Source of the DNA: Christensenella sp. UBA1242
Lineage (GTDB): Bacteria > Bacillota > Clostridia > Christensenellales > UBA1242
NCBI GenBank assembly: GCA_002308915.1
Contig: DBWI01000028.1
Location: forward strand, 1-59,553
Direction of reading: 5' to 3'
DNA length: 59,553 nucleotides
The position numbers were made by a program, and so were the translations under genes. Of this stretch, positions 8,749 through 18,543 are shown one piece after another (positions within the stretch are counted from its first letter, which is position 1; the number at the start of each line of letters is the position of its first letter). Below the pieces are notes generated by a model. The model did no database searches and had not been told where the DNA came from. It worked only from the letters and a program-made list of their open reading frames with translations.

Positions 8749-9945
8749 TCAAGAACGAACCCACATATCATAACCAGGCTTATCACTTAATTGTTGCTTA
8801 GTGAAATATTGGATTTCTGTAACTTGTTCTGAAAAATTACTTCTTACATAAATAATATTTGTTATTATCTTAATCTCATCATTAACATTTCCTACATCAA
8901 AACTTGCAGTATTGATACTTATGGCATAAAAAGCATTTCTATCAATAGAAATAACACTTGAAATAGTAATATCCGACAAATTATCACAGCCTGAAAATGC
9001 CTTAAATCCTATACTTTCCATTTTATTAGGAAAAACAATACTCCTTAACTTTTTGCATCCCAAAAAAGCATAGTCTTTTATATTTGTTAAATTAGGTGGC
9101 AATTTTATACTATTTAATTCACAACAACCATTAAAAACATATTTTTCTAAAGAAGTAATACTTTTCGATAATGTGATTTTTTCTAAATTTACACAATCAA
9201 TAAAACATGACGCTCCAATATTTATAACACTATCTGGTATGTTTATTTCTTTCAAATTTGTACAATTAGCAAAAACACTAGCACCAATTTGAGTTATATT
9301 TTCAGGAATAATTACATTTTCTAACTTATAACAACCATAAAACAAAGTATTTTTTAAACAATCCATACCATTCGGAATATTAACCTTAATTAAATTAATG
9401 CAACCATAAAAAGCGCTTTCACAAAGTTCAGTCACAGTTTCAGGAATTATTATTTCTTTTAGACTTTTACAATTAACAAATCCATCTCTGATCACTTTCA
9501 CAGAATCATCAATTACTATCTTTGTGTATGTAATATTTCTAATTCCACAAAATTTATCCCCATCAAAAGAATCGGGATATTTTAATTTTAAGTCATCCCA
9601 AGTATCAATCAATTTCTCATCAAAATAAGCACCCGAAATATTTTTACTGAACCTTGGTTCAAGTTCAGTATTTTTTGTAATCTTGTCGCCAACTTGTATT
9701 TTATTATTAGTGTTTTTAACAAACCAACCTAGAAACAAATCCTCATACTCTTCATCTACTTCTGGTAAATAAAAAACTTCTTCATTCTTGTTATATCTAA
9801 CGGTAGACAAATCATCAAATATAATTTCATAATTTTTGTTATATTTTAACACAACAACACTATTCCCAGAACATCCAAAAAATAAAAAGGAAATCAACAA
9901 AAGACCTAGACACAACACACAAAAAACTACATTTTTAATCTTCAT
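8749..9945 (-). CDS. BspA-type leucine-rich repeat surface lipoprotein
   Basis: About 9 repeats of the type IGxxAFxGCxNLxxIxIPxxV; N-terminal FFGC lipobox. Confidence 0.88.
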   Translation of the reverse strand: MKIKNVVFCVLCLGLLLISFLFFGCSGNSVVVLKYNKNYEIIFDDLSTVRYNKNEEVFYLPEVDEEYEDLFLGWFVKNTNNKIQVGDKITKNTELEPRFSKNISGAYFDEKLIDTWDDLKLKYPDSFDGDKFCGIRNITYTKIVIDDSVKVIRDGFVNCKSLKEIIIPETVTELCESAFYGCINLIKVNIPNGMDCLKNTLFYGCYKLENVIIPENITQIGASVFANCTNLKEINIPDSVINIGASCFIDCVNLEKITLSKSITSLEKYVFNGCCELNSIKLPPNLTNIKDYAFLGCKKLRSIVFPNKMESIGFKAFSGCDNLSDITISSVISIDRNAFYAISINTASFDVGNVNDEIKIITNIIYVRSNFSEQVTEIQYFTKQQLSDKPGYDMWVRS

Positions 9946-10031
9946 ACCCCACCATATAACATTATTGAATTTATACTAAAAAGAATAACAAGTCAAGCAA
10001 ATAAAATGTTTGCATAAAATGTAATTTATTA

Positions 10032-11138
10032 CTATTTACAAATTTTACTCTGCTTATTTACATTTAACACCACCCCTATTGCACTCATAAACACAACAAG
10101 AGATGTTGAACCTGCACTGATGAACGGCAGTGGAACTCCTGTTGGTGGTACGCTTGCAGATATTACCATAATGTTAAGCAAAACTTGAGTACAAATAACA
10201 CAAGCAATTCCACTTGCAAGCAAACAGCCAAATCTGTCTTTTGCGTTGAGTGCAATTTTGATTATAAAAAATATTAAAGCTGCAAAAATCAAAATAATAA
10301 CACTTGCTCCAAAAAATCCCAGTTCTTCGCAAATGATTGAAAAAATAAAGTCACTTTCGGCAAACGGCAAATATAAATACTTTTGTCTTGAAGAAAAAAG
10401 TCCAACTCCAAACAATCCACCATTGCCAAGTGAATACAAAGATTGAATAAGTTGAAATCCTTCACCTTGCGGACTACTCCATGGGTCCAAAAATGCCACA
10501 AGACGAGCTAATCTGTATGGCTCTAACAAAATTAAAACTGGAACAAGTGCAAGTGCAGGAATGCCCAAAATTAAAAAATGTTTTAGGTTTGTGCCACCAA
10601 AAAACATCATCACAAGCATTGTTACACCAAGACAAATTGTTATGCTCATGTTGGGCTCCAAAATGACTAAAATGCAAAAAATACCACCAATAATTAGCGC
10701 AGGAAGCAATTTTTTGAAGCTTTTCGCGTTATTTTTGTGTTTTGTGAAATGACAAGCACAAAACAAAACCAAGGAAAATTTTGCAAGTTCACTTGGCTGA
10801 AAAGAAAAACCACCAACCCCAATCCATCTTTTTGCACCATAGTTTGAAATGCCAATGTGTGGAACAAAAACCAGTACAAGAAGCACAACAGAAAAAGCAA
10901 AGGCAAGCCATTTGAATTTTTTTAATTTGTGATAATCAAAAAAATAAAAGAATACAAGACAGCACAGTCCAAGCAATACACCAACAATTTGTTTGACTAA
11001 AAAGAATGTTGAACTGTTGTAATTTTTTTGTGCTGAATATGAACTTGCAGAAAAAACCATTACACACCCAATGATACATAATGTAATCATACACAAAAAA
11101 ACTAATAATGTTGTTCTGTCAATTTTTTGTTTTTTCAT
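10032..11138 (-). CDS. ftsW: SEDS family peptidoglycan polymerase FtsW/SpoVE
   Basis: GAKRWI, FQPSELAK, YLPFAESDFIF and GVPLPFISAGSTS motifs; follows murD; start may be 11138 or 11147. Confidence 0.92.
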   Translation of the reverse strand: MKKQKIDRTTLLVFLCMITLCIIGCVMVFSASSYSAQKNYNSSTFFLVKQIVGVLLGLCCLVFFYFFDYHKLKKFKWLAFAFSVVLLVLVFVPHIGISNYGAKRWIGVGGFSFQPSELAKFSLVLFCACHFTKHKNNAKSFKKLLPALIIGGIFCILVILEPNMSITICLGVTMLVMMFFGGTNLKHFLILGIPALALVPVLILLEPYRLARLVAFLDPWSSPQGEGFQLIQSLYSLGNGGLFGVGLFSSRQKYLYLPFAESDFIFSIICEELGFFGASVIILIFAALIFFIIKIALNAKDRFGCLLASGIACVICTQVLLNIMVISASVPPTGVPLPFISAGSTSLVVFMSAIGVVLNVNKQSKICK

Positions 11139-12426
11139 ACTCACCACAAACTAACTTACAAAACACATCTCCACGCTCAGCATAAGAAGAAAACTCATCA
11201 AAGCTTGCACACGCTGGAGAAAGCAAAACAATATCACCAGCAAGTGCAATGCTGATTGCATATTGCGTGGCATCTTTTAATGTACTAAATTTGGCTATAT
11301 TTGCGTAATTATGATTGATTGCACATTCAACTATCTTGTCGCCCATTTCGCCAAATGCAACAATTTTTTTAACACAATAAACATTATCAAAAATACAGCT
11401 ATAGTCATATCCTTTGTCGCTTCCACCTAGTAGCAGAATAACATTCTTTTTGAAACAACTTAATGCACAAATTGTGCTATCGGGATTGGTTGCCTTGCTG
11501 TCATCAATAAATGTGATTTTGTTCTTTTTTAGAACAACTTGCAACCTGTGTTTAAGTCCAGTAAATGATTTGAGTACTTTTTTGATTTTTAAGTTTTTAA
11601 CTCCAAGAATTTTTGCAATGCTCACAGCACATAATATGTTTTCAATATTTTTTTCGCCAACAAGTTTTATTTGCTTTTGATTGATTATCTTTTTGTTTTG
11701 ATACCACACATAATTGTCAAAAAAGTGTACACAATCAGTTTTTTTGTGCATTGAATATGTAATAACTTTTGCATTTGTTCTTATGATAAAATCGTCTTTA
11801 CATACAAAAATATCATTGAAAGTTTGATTTTTTGTTATTTTTAACTTTGTTTTTTTATAATTCTCAAAGTTTTTGTGCCTATTAATGTGATCGCATGAAA
11901 TATTCAAAATTGCAGAGACATCTGGTTTTATTTCCCCGCACTCTAATGCAAAACTAGAAACTTCACAAATAGTTATGCTTGTATCTTTTGTTTGATTAAC
12001 AATTTCTGTAATTGGAATTTTTGTGTTGCCACACAGAAACACATCTTTGTATTTTGTTTTTAACATTTCATAAACAAGATTAACTGTTGTTGTTTTTCCA
12101 TTTGTACCTGTGATGCATATTGTCTTGCCTTTTACAAAATTGAAGCCAAGAGAAAATTCACTAACAAACGGAATTTTGTTCTTCTTTAGAAATTCAATGT
12201 TTTTGTTCCCAACAATCTGAACACCTGGACTCAAAATAACACAAGAAATATCCAGGTCCCTTATGTGTTCAAATTTGTTAAGGTTGAATGTATGTTCAAT
12301 TGTTGTTGAGTTGTAATCATCAAATATATATACATTTTTTGCTCCCCTAGAAAGCAAAAAAGAAACAGCACTCTTTCCAGAAGAGCCTGTTCCATATACA
12401 ACAAAGTTTTTTGTTAAAATTTCCAT
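11119..12426 (-). CDS. murD: UDP-N-acetylmuramoyl-L-alanine--D-glutamate ligase
   Basis: ITGTNGKTTT, EVSSF, DDSKATN and LLSPACASFDEF motifs; likely start MEILTK at 12426. Confidence 0.95.
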   Translation of the reverse strand: MEILTKNFVVYGTGSSGKSAVSFLLSRGAKNVYIFDDYNSTTIEHTFNLNKFEHIRDLDISCVILSPGVQIVGNKNIEFLKKNKIPFVSEFSLGFNFVKGKTICITGTNGKTTTVNLVYEMLKTKYKDVFLCGNTKIPITEIVNQTKDTSITICEVSSFALECGEIKPDVSAILNISCDHINRHKNFENYKKTKLKITKNQTFNDIFVCKDDFIIRTNAKVITYSMHKKTDCVHFFDNYVWYQNKKIINQKQIKLVGEKNIENILCAVSIAKILGVKNLKIKKVLKSFTGLKHRLQVVLKKNKITFIDDSKATNPDSTICALSCFKKNVILLLGGSDKGYDYSCIFDNVYCVKKIVAFGEMGDKIVECAINHNYANIAKFSTLKDATQYAISIALAGDIVLLSPACASFDEFSSYAERGDVFCKLVCGEYEKTKN

Positions 12427-12427
12427 T

Positions 12428-13426
12428 CTAAATCCCAATATACAAAATCAATGTGATAGCCACCAGGCATATTATCATTGTCGATATTATATATATGGCT
12501 GTAATCTTGTTTTCATTCACTCCTTTTTTTTGAAAATGATGATGAAGTGGCGCCATCAAAAATATTCGCCTTTTTGTTCGCTTGTAATGAAGTACTTGCA
12601 AAATATCACTAAGTGCAGTTATAACATACACTACTCCCAGCAAAGGAATATATAAAGTCAATTTTGAAAAAACTGCAACTGTTGTAATAAGCCCACCAAG
12701 CGCAAGCGAACCAGTGTCACCCATAAATACTTTTGCTGGATAGCAATTAAACGCAAAGTACGCAAGAAGAGCTCCACACATTGCAAAACAAATTTGTTGC
12801 AAGTTCTGAATTTCTGTTAGAGCTTGTCCATTTAAGTTAGCAGAATACACAAGCATAACGCACGCAAAACTCAAAATATATACAAAACTAACACCACTAC
12901 AAAGACCATCAAGACCATCAATCAAATTAACGCTATTAACAACAGCTAAATACACAAAAACAACAAATGGAATGAAAAAATACCCCAAATTAACTGTTTT
13001 TGTTGTAAAAGGTATATAAATTTCGCTACCTACAAGATTATTATTGTACGCAAACACTGCAATAATAATTGCAATGCCAACTTGTCCAATTATTTTTTGA
13101 TATGCCTTTAGCCCCAAATTTTGCTTGTATCTAATCTTTATAAAATCATCCAAAAATCCAAGTAGTCCATATGCAAGCATTACCCCAATTGTGATGGCTG
13201 CCAAAACAAAATCTGACCACATAAAGCACAAACAAGCAAAAGTTGTTGCAATAATAAATATTAATCCACCCATTGTTGGTGTTCCGTTTTTACTTTCGTG
13301 TTCCTTCACATAATGCAATATGGTTTGCTTTGCTTTCACTCTTTTTGTTATGTGAATAATTAGTGGTGATAAAAGTACTGCTAAAATAAATGTGACAATA
13401 AAAATAAACAAATTTCTAATCAGCAT
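12428..13426 (-). CDS. mraY: Phospho-N-acetylmuramoyl-pentapeptide transferase
   Basis: TPTMGG, GFLDD, DGLDGL, FMGDTGS and MAPLHHHF motifs; start approximate. Confidence 0.95.
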   Translation of the reverse strand: MLIRNLFIFIVTFILAVLLSPLIIHITKRVKAKQTILHYVKEHESKNGTPTMGGLIFIIATTFACLCFMWSDFVLAAITIGVMLAYGLLGFLDDFIKIRYKQNLGLKAYQKIIGQVGIAIIIAVFAYNNNLVGSEIYIPFTTKTVNLGYFFIPFVVFVYLAVVNSVNLIDGLDGLCSGVSFVYILSFACVMLVYSANLNGQALTEIQNLQQICFAMCGALLAYFAFNCYPAKVFMGDTGSLALGGLITTVAVFSKLTLYIPLLGVVYVITALSDILQVLHYKRTKRRIFLMAPLHHHFQKKGVNENKITAIYIISTMIICLVAITLILYIGI

Positions 13427-14840
13427 AATTATCACCTATGATTGAATTTACAACATCAAAATCGCAATAATTAACTCTTTTTTCACCTATTTCCATATAT
13501 TTTTCACTTCCTTTTCCGCAAATTATGACTGTATCGCCATAATTCATACTTTTTATTGCAACATCAATTGCACTTGCTCGGTCTTCAATTTTGTAATAAT
13601 TTGTTGAGTTAAAACCACTCACAATATCTTCAATTATGTCATTTGGATTTTCATTTCTTGGATTGTCGGAAGTAATAAAACTATAATCAGAATATTTATC
13701 TGCAACAGCACCCATAATTTTTCGTTTTGACTTATCCCTGTTTCCACCACAACCAAAAACACAATACAACTTACCATCTGTTAGCTCTCTTGCTGTTTTT
13801 AGCACTTTTTCTAAACCATCTGGCGTGTGTGCATAATCAATGATTATCTTTTTGCCTTGATACTCAAATACATTAAATCTGCCTTCAACTTGTTTTACGC
13901 TTTGCAATCCTTTTTGAATGTCATCAATACTTATTCCCAAAAAATAGCAACTAACAGCACTTGCCAAGCTGTTATACACATTAAATAATCCATATAAATG
14001 AGATTTTACAGAAATAACATTGTCACTTATGTTTAGTATATATTCATTGCCATTTTTGTTAACTTCAATAGCAAAACAATCACAAGGCGAATTTATACCA
14101 TAAGAAACTGCATTTATGTTTCGCTGAATAATCTTTTGTCCTGTTTCATCATCAGCGTTTATTATCATCAAATCATCGCCACAAAAAAAATCCATTTTTG
14201 CCTTTTGATAGTTTTCCATAGTTTTGAAATAATCCAAGTGGTCTTGAGTTAAGTTTGTGAAAATTTTGCACACAAAGTTGATTCCTTCAATCTTTTTTAG
14301 GTGTATTGCATGTGCAGAAACTTCCATCACAATATAATCTGCTTTACCCTTTTTCATAATTGAGAACATTTCGTGCAAATCTATTGGGTCTGGTGTTGTT
14401 AAATTGGCAGGAATAAATGTATCTGCAAAATACACTCCATTTGTGCCTATTACTCCAACTTTTTTCCCTGCTTGTTCTAATATGTGCTTTATTATGAATG
14501 TCGTTGAAGTTTTTCCGTTTGTTCCCGTTACGCCAATTACTTTAATACTTTTTGTATCAAAAAAATTTTGTGCAATCTGACCAATTGCCTTTCTGATGTC
14601 TTTCACAACAATTTGTTTGATGTCCAAATCCAACTTTTTTTCTGTTACAAGAACTTTTGCCCCATTTTTGATTGCCAATTTTGCCATGTCTAGCATATTG
14701 TGTTTGCCCTCATAACAAAAGAAAAGACCTTGTGTTATGTCATCTTGCGCTCTTGCACTTAGCTTTTTTATATCAAAATTTTGAATATCATAAATATCAC
14801 TTAAAACATCAACATCTTTTAATATTTTTTTTAATTCCAT
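13416..14840 (-). CDS. murE: UDP-MurNAc-dipeptide--meso-DAP ligase
   Basis: GVTGTNGKTS, DYAHTPD, GCGGNRD and TSDNPR (DAP-specific) motifs. Confidence 0.95.
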   Translation of the reverse strand: MELKKILKDVDVLSDIYDIQNFDIKKLSARAQDDITQGLFFCYEGKHNMLDMAKLAIKNGAKVLVTEKKLDLDIKQIVVKDIRKAIGQIAQNFFDTKSIKVIGVTGTNGKTSTTFIIKHILEQAGKKVGVIGTNGVYFADTFIPANLTTPDPIDLHEMFSIMKKGKADYIVMEVSAHAIHLKKIEGINFVCKIFTNLTQDHLDYFKTMENYQKAKMDFFCGDDLMIINADDETGQKIIQRNINAVSYGINSPCDCFAIEVNKNGNEYILNISDNVISVKSHLYGLFNVYNSLASAVSCYFLGISIDDIQKGLQSVKQVEGRFNVFEYQGKKIIIDYAHTPDGLEKVLKTARELTDGKLYCVFGCGGNRDKSKRKIMGAVADKYSDYSFITSDNPRNENPNDIIEDIVSGFNSTNYYKIEDRASAIDVAIKSMNYGDTVIICGKGSEKYMEIGEKRVNYCDFDVVNSIIGDNYAD

Positions 14841-15014
14841 ATGCCAACCTCGTTCTACATAATATATATATTAAACTCAAAAATATTTTTGTGTTTAAGT
14901 TAGCAAAATTAGTCAAAAAATATTATTTTTTTTATGTAAAAAATTTTTGCAAATTACTTTATTTAATTACTTATATTATGATATAATCACCTTGCGACTC
15001 GCAAAGGGGTAAAT

Positions 15015-15905
15015 ATGAACACAAACACATTTTTTATTGAAGAAATAAATAACTTAGCACAAAACGACAAGGAACTTCTTGTGAGCATGGGCGAAGAAAT
15101 GTACCATGACCAAATTGATACCCTTGCAAAAGATATAATTGAAAAACAAGCAAAAATAATTTTGGTTGCTGGACCTTCATCTTCTGGAAAAACAACAACA
15201 AGTAATTTAATTGGAAAACGCATTGAAGCTAATGGCTTAAAATGTCTTAGTGTTTCTCTTGATGACTTTTTCCTTAACAGAGCAAACACACCACTTCTTC
15301 CAAACGGAAATTACGACTACGAAAACATTACAGCTTTAGATTTGCCTTACTTTAACCAATTCATTAACGAACTTTATACTCAAGGTTATTCTCTTATGCC
15401 AACATACAACTTTATTACTGGCTCAAGAGAAAGTAAAATGAAAAAAGTTAGCATAGATGACAAAACTGTTGTAATTATTGAAGGTTTGCACGCACTCAAT
15501 CCAACATTACTTAATAAAACCGATGGCATCTACAGAGTGTATATTTGCCCAACATCAAACTTTGATTACAACAACAAAACACTTTTTAACTTTGTACAAC
15601 TTAGATTGTTAAGGCGTATGCTTCGTGATTACCTAAGCCGTGGCAGAACAATTGAAAAAACAATTGAAGGCTGGCAAGAAGTTTTGGATGGCGAAAAGAA
15701 ATATATTGACCCATACAAACACCTTGCAAATTTTGTTGTTGATTCAACACATTTGTATGAACCATTAATCTATTCAAAGTATTTAACACCACTCCTTAAA
15801 AATTCTGACACAGAGAAAGAAATTAAGGAAAAATTGCAAAATATAACAAAATTAGACAAAAAATACATTCCAAAAGACTCACTTTTGAATGAATTCGCAA
15901 AATAA
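15015..15905 (+). CDS. Uridine kinase / phosphoribulokinase family nucleoside kinase
   Basis: AGPSSSGKTT Walker A, SLDDFF, IIEGLHALN and RLLRRMLRD motifs. Confidence 0.85.
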   Translation: MNTNTFFIEEINNLAQNDKELLVSMGEEMYHDQIDTLAKDIIEKQAKIILVAGPSSSGKTTTSNLIGKRIEANGLKCLSVSLDDFFLNRANTPLLPNGNYDYENITALDLPYFNQFINELYTQGYSLMPTYNFITGSRESKMKKVSIDDKTVVIIEGLHALNPTLLNKTDGIYRVYICPTSNFDYNNKTLFNFVQLRLLRRMLRDYLSRGRTIEKTIEGWQEVLDGEKKYIDPYKHLANFVVDSTHLYEPLIYSKYLTPLLKNSDTEKEIKEKLQNITKLDKKYIPKDSLLNEFAK

Positions 15906-15908
15906 TAT

Positions 15909-15940
15909 AAAATAGCACTCAAAATTAGAGTGCTATTTTT
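15909..15940 (+). terminator. Intrinsic terminator
   Basis: AAAATAGCACTC-aaaatta-GAGTGCTATTTT. Confidence 0.8.
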
Positions 15941-15962
15941 CATAAAAAATGTTAGTAAAAAT

Positions 15963-16152
15963 AAAAAATAGACCAAAAGACAAGGCTCAATGATATAAAT
16001 TGAAAACGCAAAAAGAAAGATGAAGAACGAGGCTCAACAAATAACTCGCTTATATTAACCATAAAAACAAAAAAATAGACCGAAAGACAAGGCTCAATGA
16101 TATAAATTAAAAACGCAAAAAGAGAGATGAAGAACGAGGCTCAACAAATAAC
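15963..16152 (+). repeat. Two 83-bp direct repeats (107-bp period) made of 5' half-elements
   Basis: 15963-16045 versus 16070-16152, 3 mismatches by eye; AGGCTCAA occurs four times. Confidence 0.9.
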
Positions 16153-16238
16153 CCCACGCAGGCGCGTAGTAAACTACGTAACTGTGTGGGGTTTGTTTGT
16201 TAGTAAACAAAGTTATTCGCTCTCTTTTTGTGTTTTTA
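16108..16238 (+). other. Unrecognised ~130-nt rod-like structured element, copy 1
   Basis: Long imperfect inverted repeat with an internal bubble; several non-Watson-Crick positions read as G-U on the + strand. Confidence 0.7.
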
Positions 16239-17702
16239 CTTCATGAGTGGGAACAACACAACATCCCTAACAGATTCTTGATCAAATAGTAATGTCATTA
16301 ATCTGTCAACACCAAAACCAAGTCCGCTGATTGGTGGCATTCCATGTTCCATAGCCAAGATGAAATCTTCATCAAGTTCCATAGCTTCATCATCACCATC
16401 AAGTTTTGCTTTTGCTTGATTTTCAAGTTCTTCTCTTTGAACAATTGGGTCAACAAGTTCGCTGTATGCTTTTGCAAGTTCATTACCCATACACAAGATT
16501 TGGAATGCATCTGTTATTCTTACATCTTTGTCGTTGTGTCTTGCAAGTGGCAACAAGCAAGCTGGATAATTGTATAAAATTGTTGGTTGAACAATGTTAA
16601 CTCTAATTTTACGTTTATAGATGTAGTCAATAACTCCACCAACGGTTTTTATTCCATCAAAATCATCTTCCTTAAACAAACCTGTTTCAACAACCTTTGC
16701 AACAAGTTCATCTCTTGTGTTTACTTCCAAGAAATCAAAACCGAGAATTTTTCTCATTTCTTCAACATAGTTTACTCTTGGCCAAACTTCTTTTGCAAAA
16801 TCAAGTGTAACTCCTTGATATTCAAGTTGCATACTGCCTTTAACTTCCATTAAAAGTTCTTGAATAAACTTTTTGTAGAATTTGATATTATCTTCAAAAT
16901 TCCAATATGAAGCGTACCACTCAACCATTGTAAATTCTTGCAAGTGTTGTGTGTCCATACCTTCGTTACGGAAACATTTTGCTACTTCATATACTCTATC
17001 AAAACCACCTGCAATAACTTGCTTTAGATATGTTTCTGGAGCTATACGCAAATTGCAATCTTTGTCAAGTGCATTGTGGTGTGTTAAAAATGGTCTTGCA
17101 GAAGCACCACAAACAGCAGATTGAAGAATTGGTGTTTCAACTTCCATAAAACCATTTCTGTTCAAAAATGTTCTAAGGAATGTTAAAACTTTACTTCTTC
17201 CAATAAATACTTCTCTTGCTGTTTCATTTGAAACCAAATCCAAATATCTTTGACGATATTTTGCTTCTTGGTCAACAAGTCCGTGGAATTTTTCTGGAAG
17301 TGGTCTTAATGCTTTGCTAAGCAAAGTAACTTGATGTGCTCTTACTGTAATTTCGCCTGTTTGTGTGTGATAAATTTCACCTGTAACACCAACAAAGTCA
17401 CCAATGTCTATCATCTTTTTGTAGAATTCATAACTTTCGGCATTAAGTTCGTTTACACCAACGCTAACTTGAATTTTTGCGTTTATATCTCTTAATTGCA
17501 TAAAGCCGAACTTACCCATTACTCTTCTAAACACCATTCTTCCGCAAACACTAACCATGCTTCCATCTGGTTGCTCTGTTGCATCTTTTATGGTGTGAGT
17601 TCTTTCAAATTTTTCTTTGTATACTACTTCTCCAGCATTTTTGAGATTATTGATTTTTTCCCTTCTAATATCAATTTCGCTAGATAATTGTTGTGTTTCC
17701 AT
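16236..17702 (-). CDS. lysS: Lysine--tRNA ligase (class II)
   Basis: LRPLPEKFHGL, YRQRYLDL, FRNEG, EFTMVEWY and GLGFGVDRL motifs. Confidence 0.97.
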   Translation of the reverse strand: METQQLSSEIDIRREKINNLKNAGEVVYKEKFERTHTIKDATEQPDGSMVSVCGRMVFRRVMGKFGFMQLRDINAKIQVSVGVNELNAESYEFYKKMIDIGDFVGVTGEIYHTQTGEITVRAHQVTLLSKALRPLPEKFHGLVDQEAKYRQRYLDLVSNETAREVFIGRSKVLTFLRTFLNRNGFMEVETPILQSAVCGASARPFLTHHNALDKDCNLRIAPETYLKQVIAGGFDRVYEVAKCFRNEGMDTQHLQEFTMVEWYASYWNFEDNIKFYKKFIQELLMEVKGSMQLEYQGVTLDFAKEVWPRVNYVEEMRKILGFDFLEVNTRDELVAKVVETGLFKEDDFDGIKTVGGVIDYIYKRKIRVNIVQPTILYNYPACLLPLARHNDKDVRITDAFQILCMGNELAKAYSELVDPIVQREELENQAKAKLDGDDEAMELDEDFILAMEHGMPPISGLGFGVDRLMTLLFDQESVRDVVLFPLMK

Positions 17703-17765
17703 TTTTTCTCCTTAAAATTATAATGAATAATAACACATATAACACAACAAGTCAACCAAGATAAA

Positions 17766-18308
17766 TTATTTTAATTTTTTTGTGTAAATTTTTATGCCAT
17801 CAAATATCTTTTTTACATATGCTCTAGTTGATTGATATGGAATCTTTTTTAGAGTTTTGCCATCAATGGAATACTCGCTATCATTTAACCAATTCGAAAC
17901 AACTCCTTCACCAGCGTTATAAGCACAAAGAATTACTGTTGTGTCTTCAAACTTGTTTGTTAAGTATCTAAGATAGAAAGTCCCAAAACTAATATTGTAT
18001 TCTGCATCAAAAAGTTTTTCTTCGCTATACTCAATTCCAAGTTGCTCAGCAATCCACTTGGCTGTTTTTGGCATAAGTTGCATTAACCCTTTTGCTCCAC
18101 GATTTGACACTGCATTTGTGTTAAATCCACTCTCTGCATTAATTAAACTTGCAACAAGTTCTTTTTGCAAATTATACTCATTTGAGTATACTATTATCTC
18201 ATTCTTATAGTTGATTGGATACAAGAAATATATTATTGCAATATAACAATAAATAACAAAAACAAATACTGCAGCAATAAAAATTAGTGCTTTTGACTGC
18301 TTTTTCAT
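17766..18308 (-). CDS. Lytic transglycosylase (SLT domain)
   Basis: AESGF, GAKGLMQLMP and AYNAGEG motifs; N-terminal TM segment; start moved to ATG 18308. Confidence 0.9.
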   Translation of the reverse strand: MKKQSKALIFIAAVFVFVIYCYIAIIYFLYPINYKNEIIVYSNEYNLQKELVASLINAESGFNTNAVSNRGAKGLMQLMPKTAKWIAEQLGIEYSEEKLFDAEYNISFGTFYLRYLTNKFEDTTVILCAYNAGEGVVSNWLNDSEYSIDGKTLKKIPYQSTRAYVKKIFDGIKIYTKKLK

Positions 18309-18342
18309 GGTATTATTATATGAAAAACATACAAAAAATATA

Positions 18343-18469
18343 AAAAACAAAAAAATATCACCCAATAACTTTGTTTCTACATAGCTTTGCCACACGGTCA
18401 TTTGGGAAACCAAACTCGTGCGTGACAAAACTATGAGAGCCTCGCTCTTGTGGCTATTTTTTTGTTTTT
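18343..18469 (-). other. Unrecognised ~130-nt rod-like structured element, copy 2
   Basis: Long inverted repeat with G-U pairs on the - strand; shares AAGA(A/G)CGAGGCTC, CACGCA, GTGTGG and AAACAAAGTTATT with 16108..16238. Confidence 0.7.
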
Positions 18470-18543
18470 GATTTATTCTAAAATGTAAAATTGAATAAAA
18501 AAATAGTCTCTCAAATGAGAAACTATTTTATCCCAAATTAGTT

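Noticed and set aside
8585-10158. Diversity-generating retroelement TR/VR pair
   Set aside because: Differences are synonymous and not confined to adenines; no reverse transcriptase in the window
15955-16152. CRISPR array
   Set aside because: The sequences between the AGGCTCAA motifs are themselves duplicated rather than unique spacers, and no cas genes are present
16108-16238. T-box riboswitch for lysS
   Set aside because: It lies at the 3' end of lysS on the opposite strand and lacks the T-box TGGnACC motif
18309-18428. N-terminal extension of the transglycosylase ORF in the ORF track
   Set aside because: Runs through the structured element and AT-rich promoter region; ATG 18308 gives a normal N-terminal TM start
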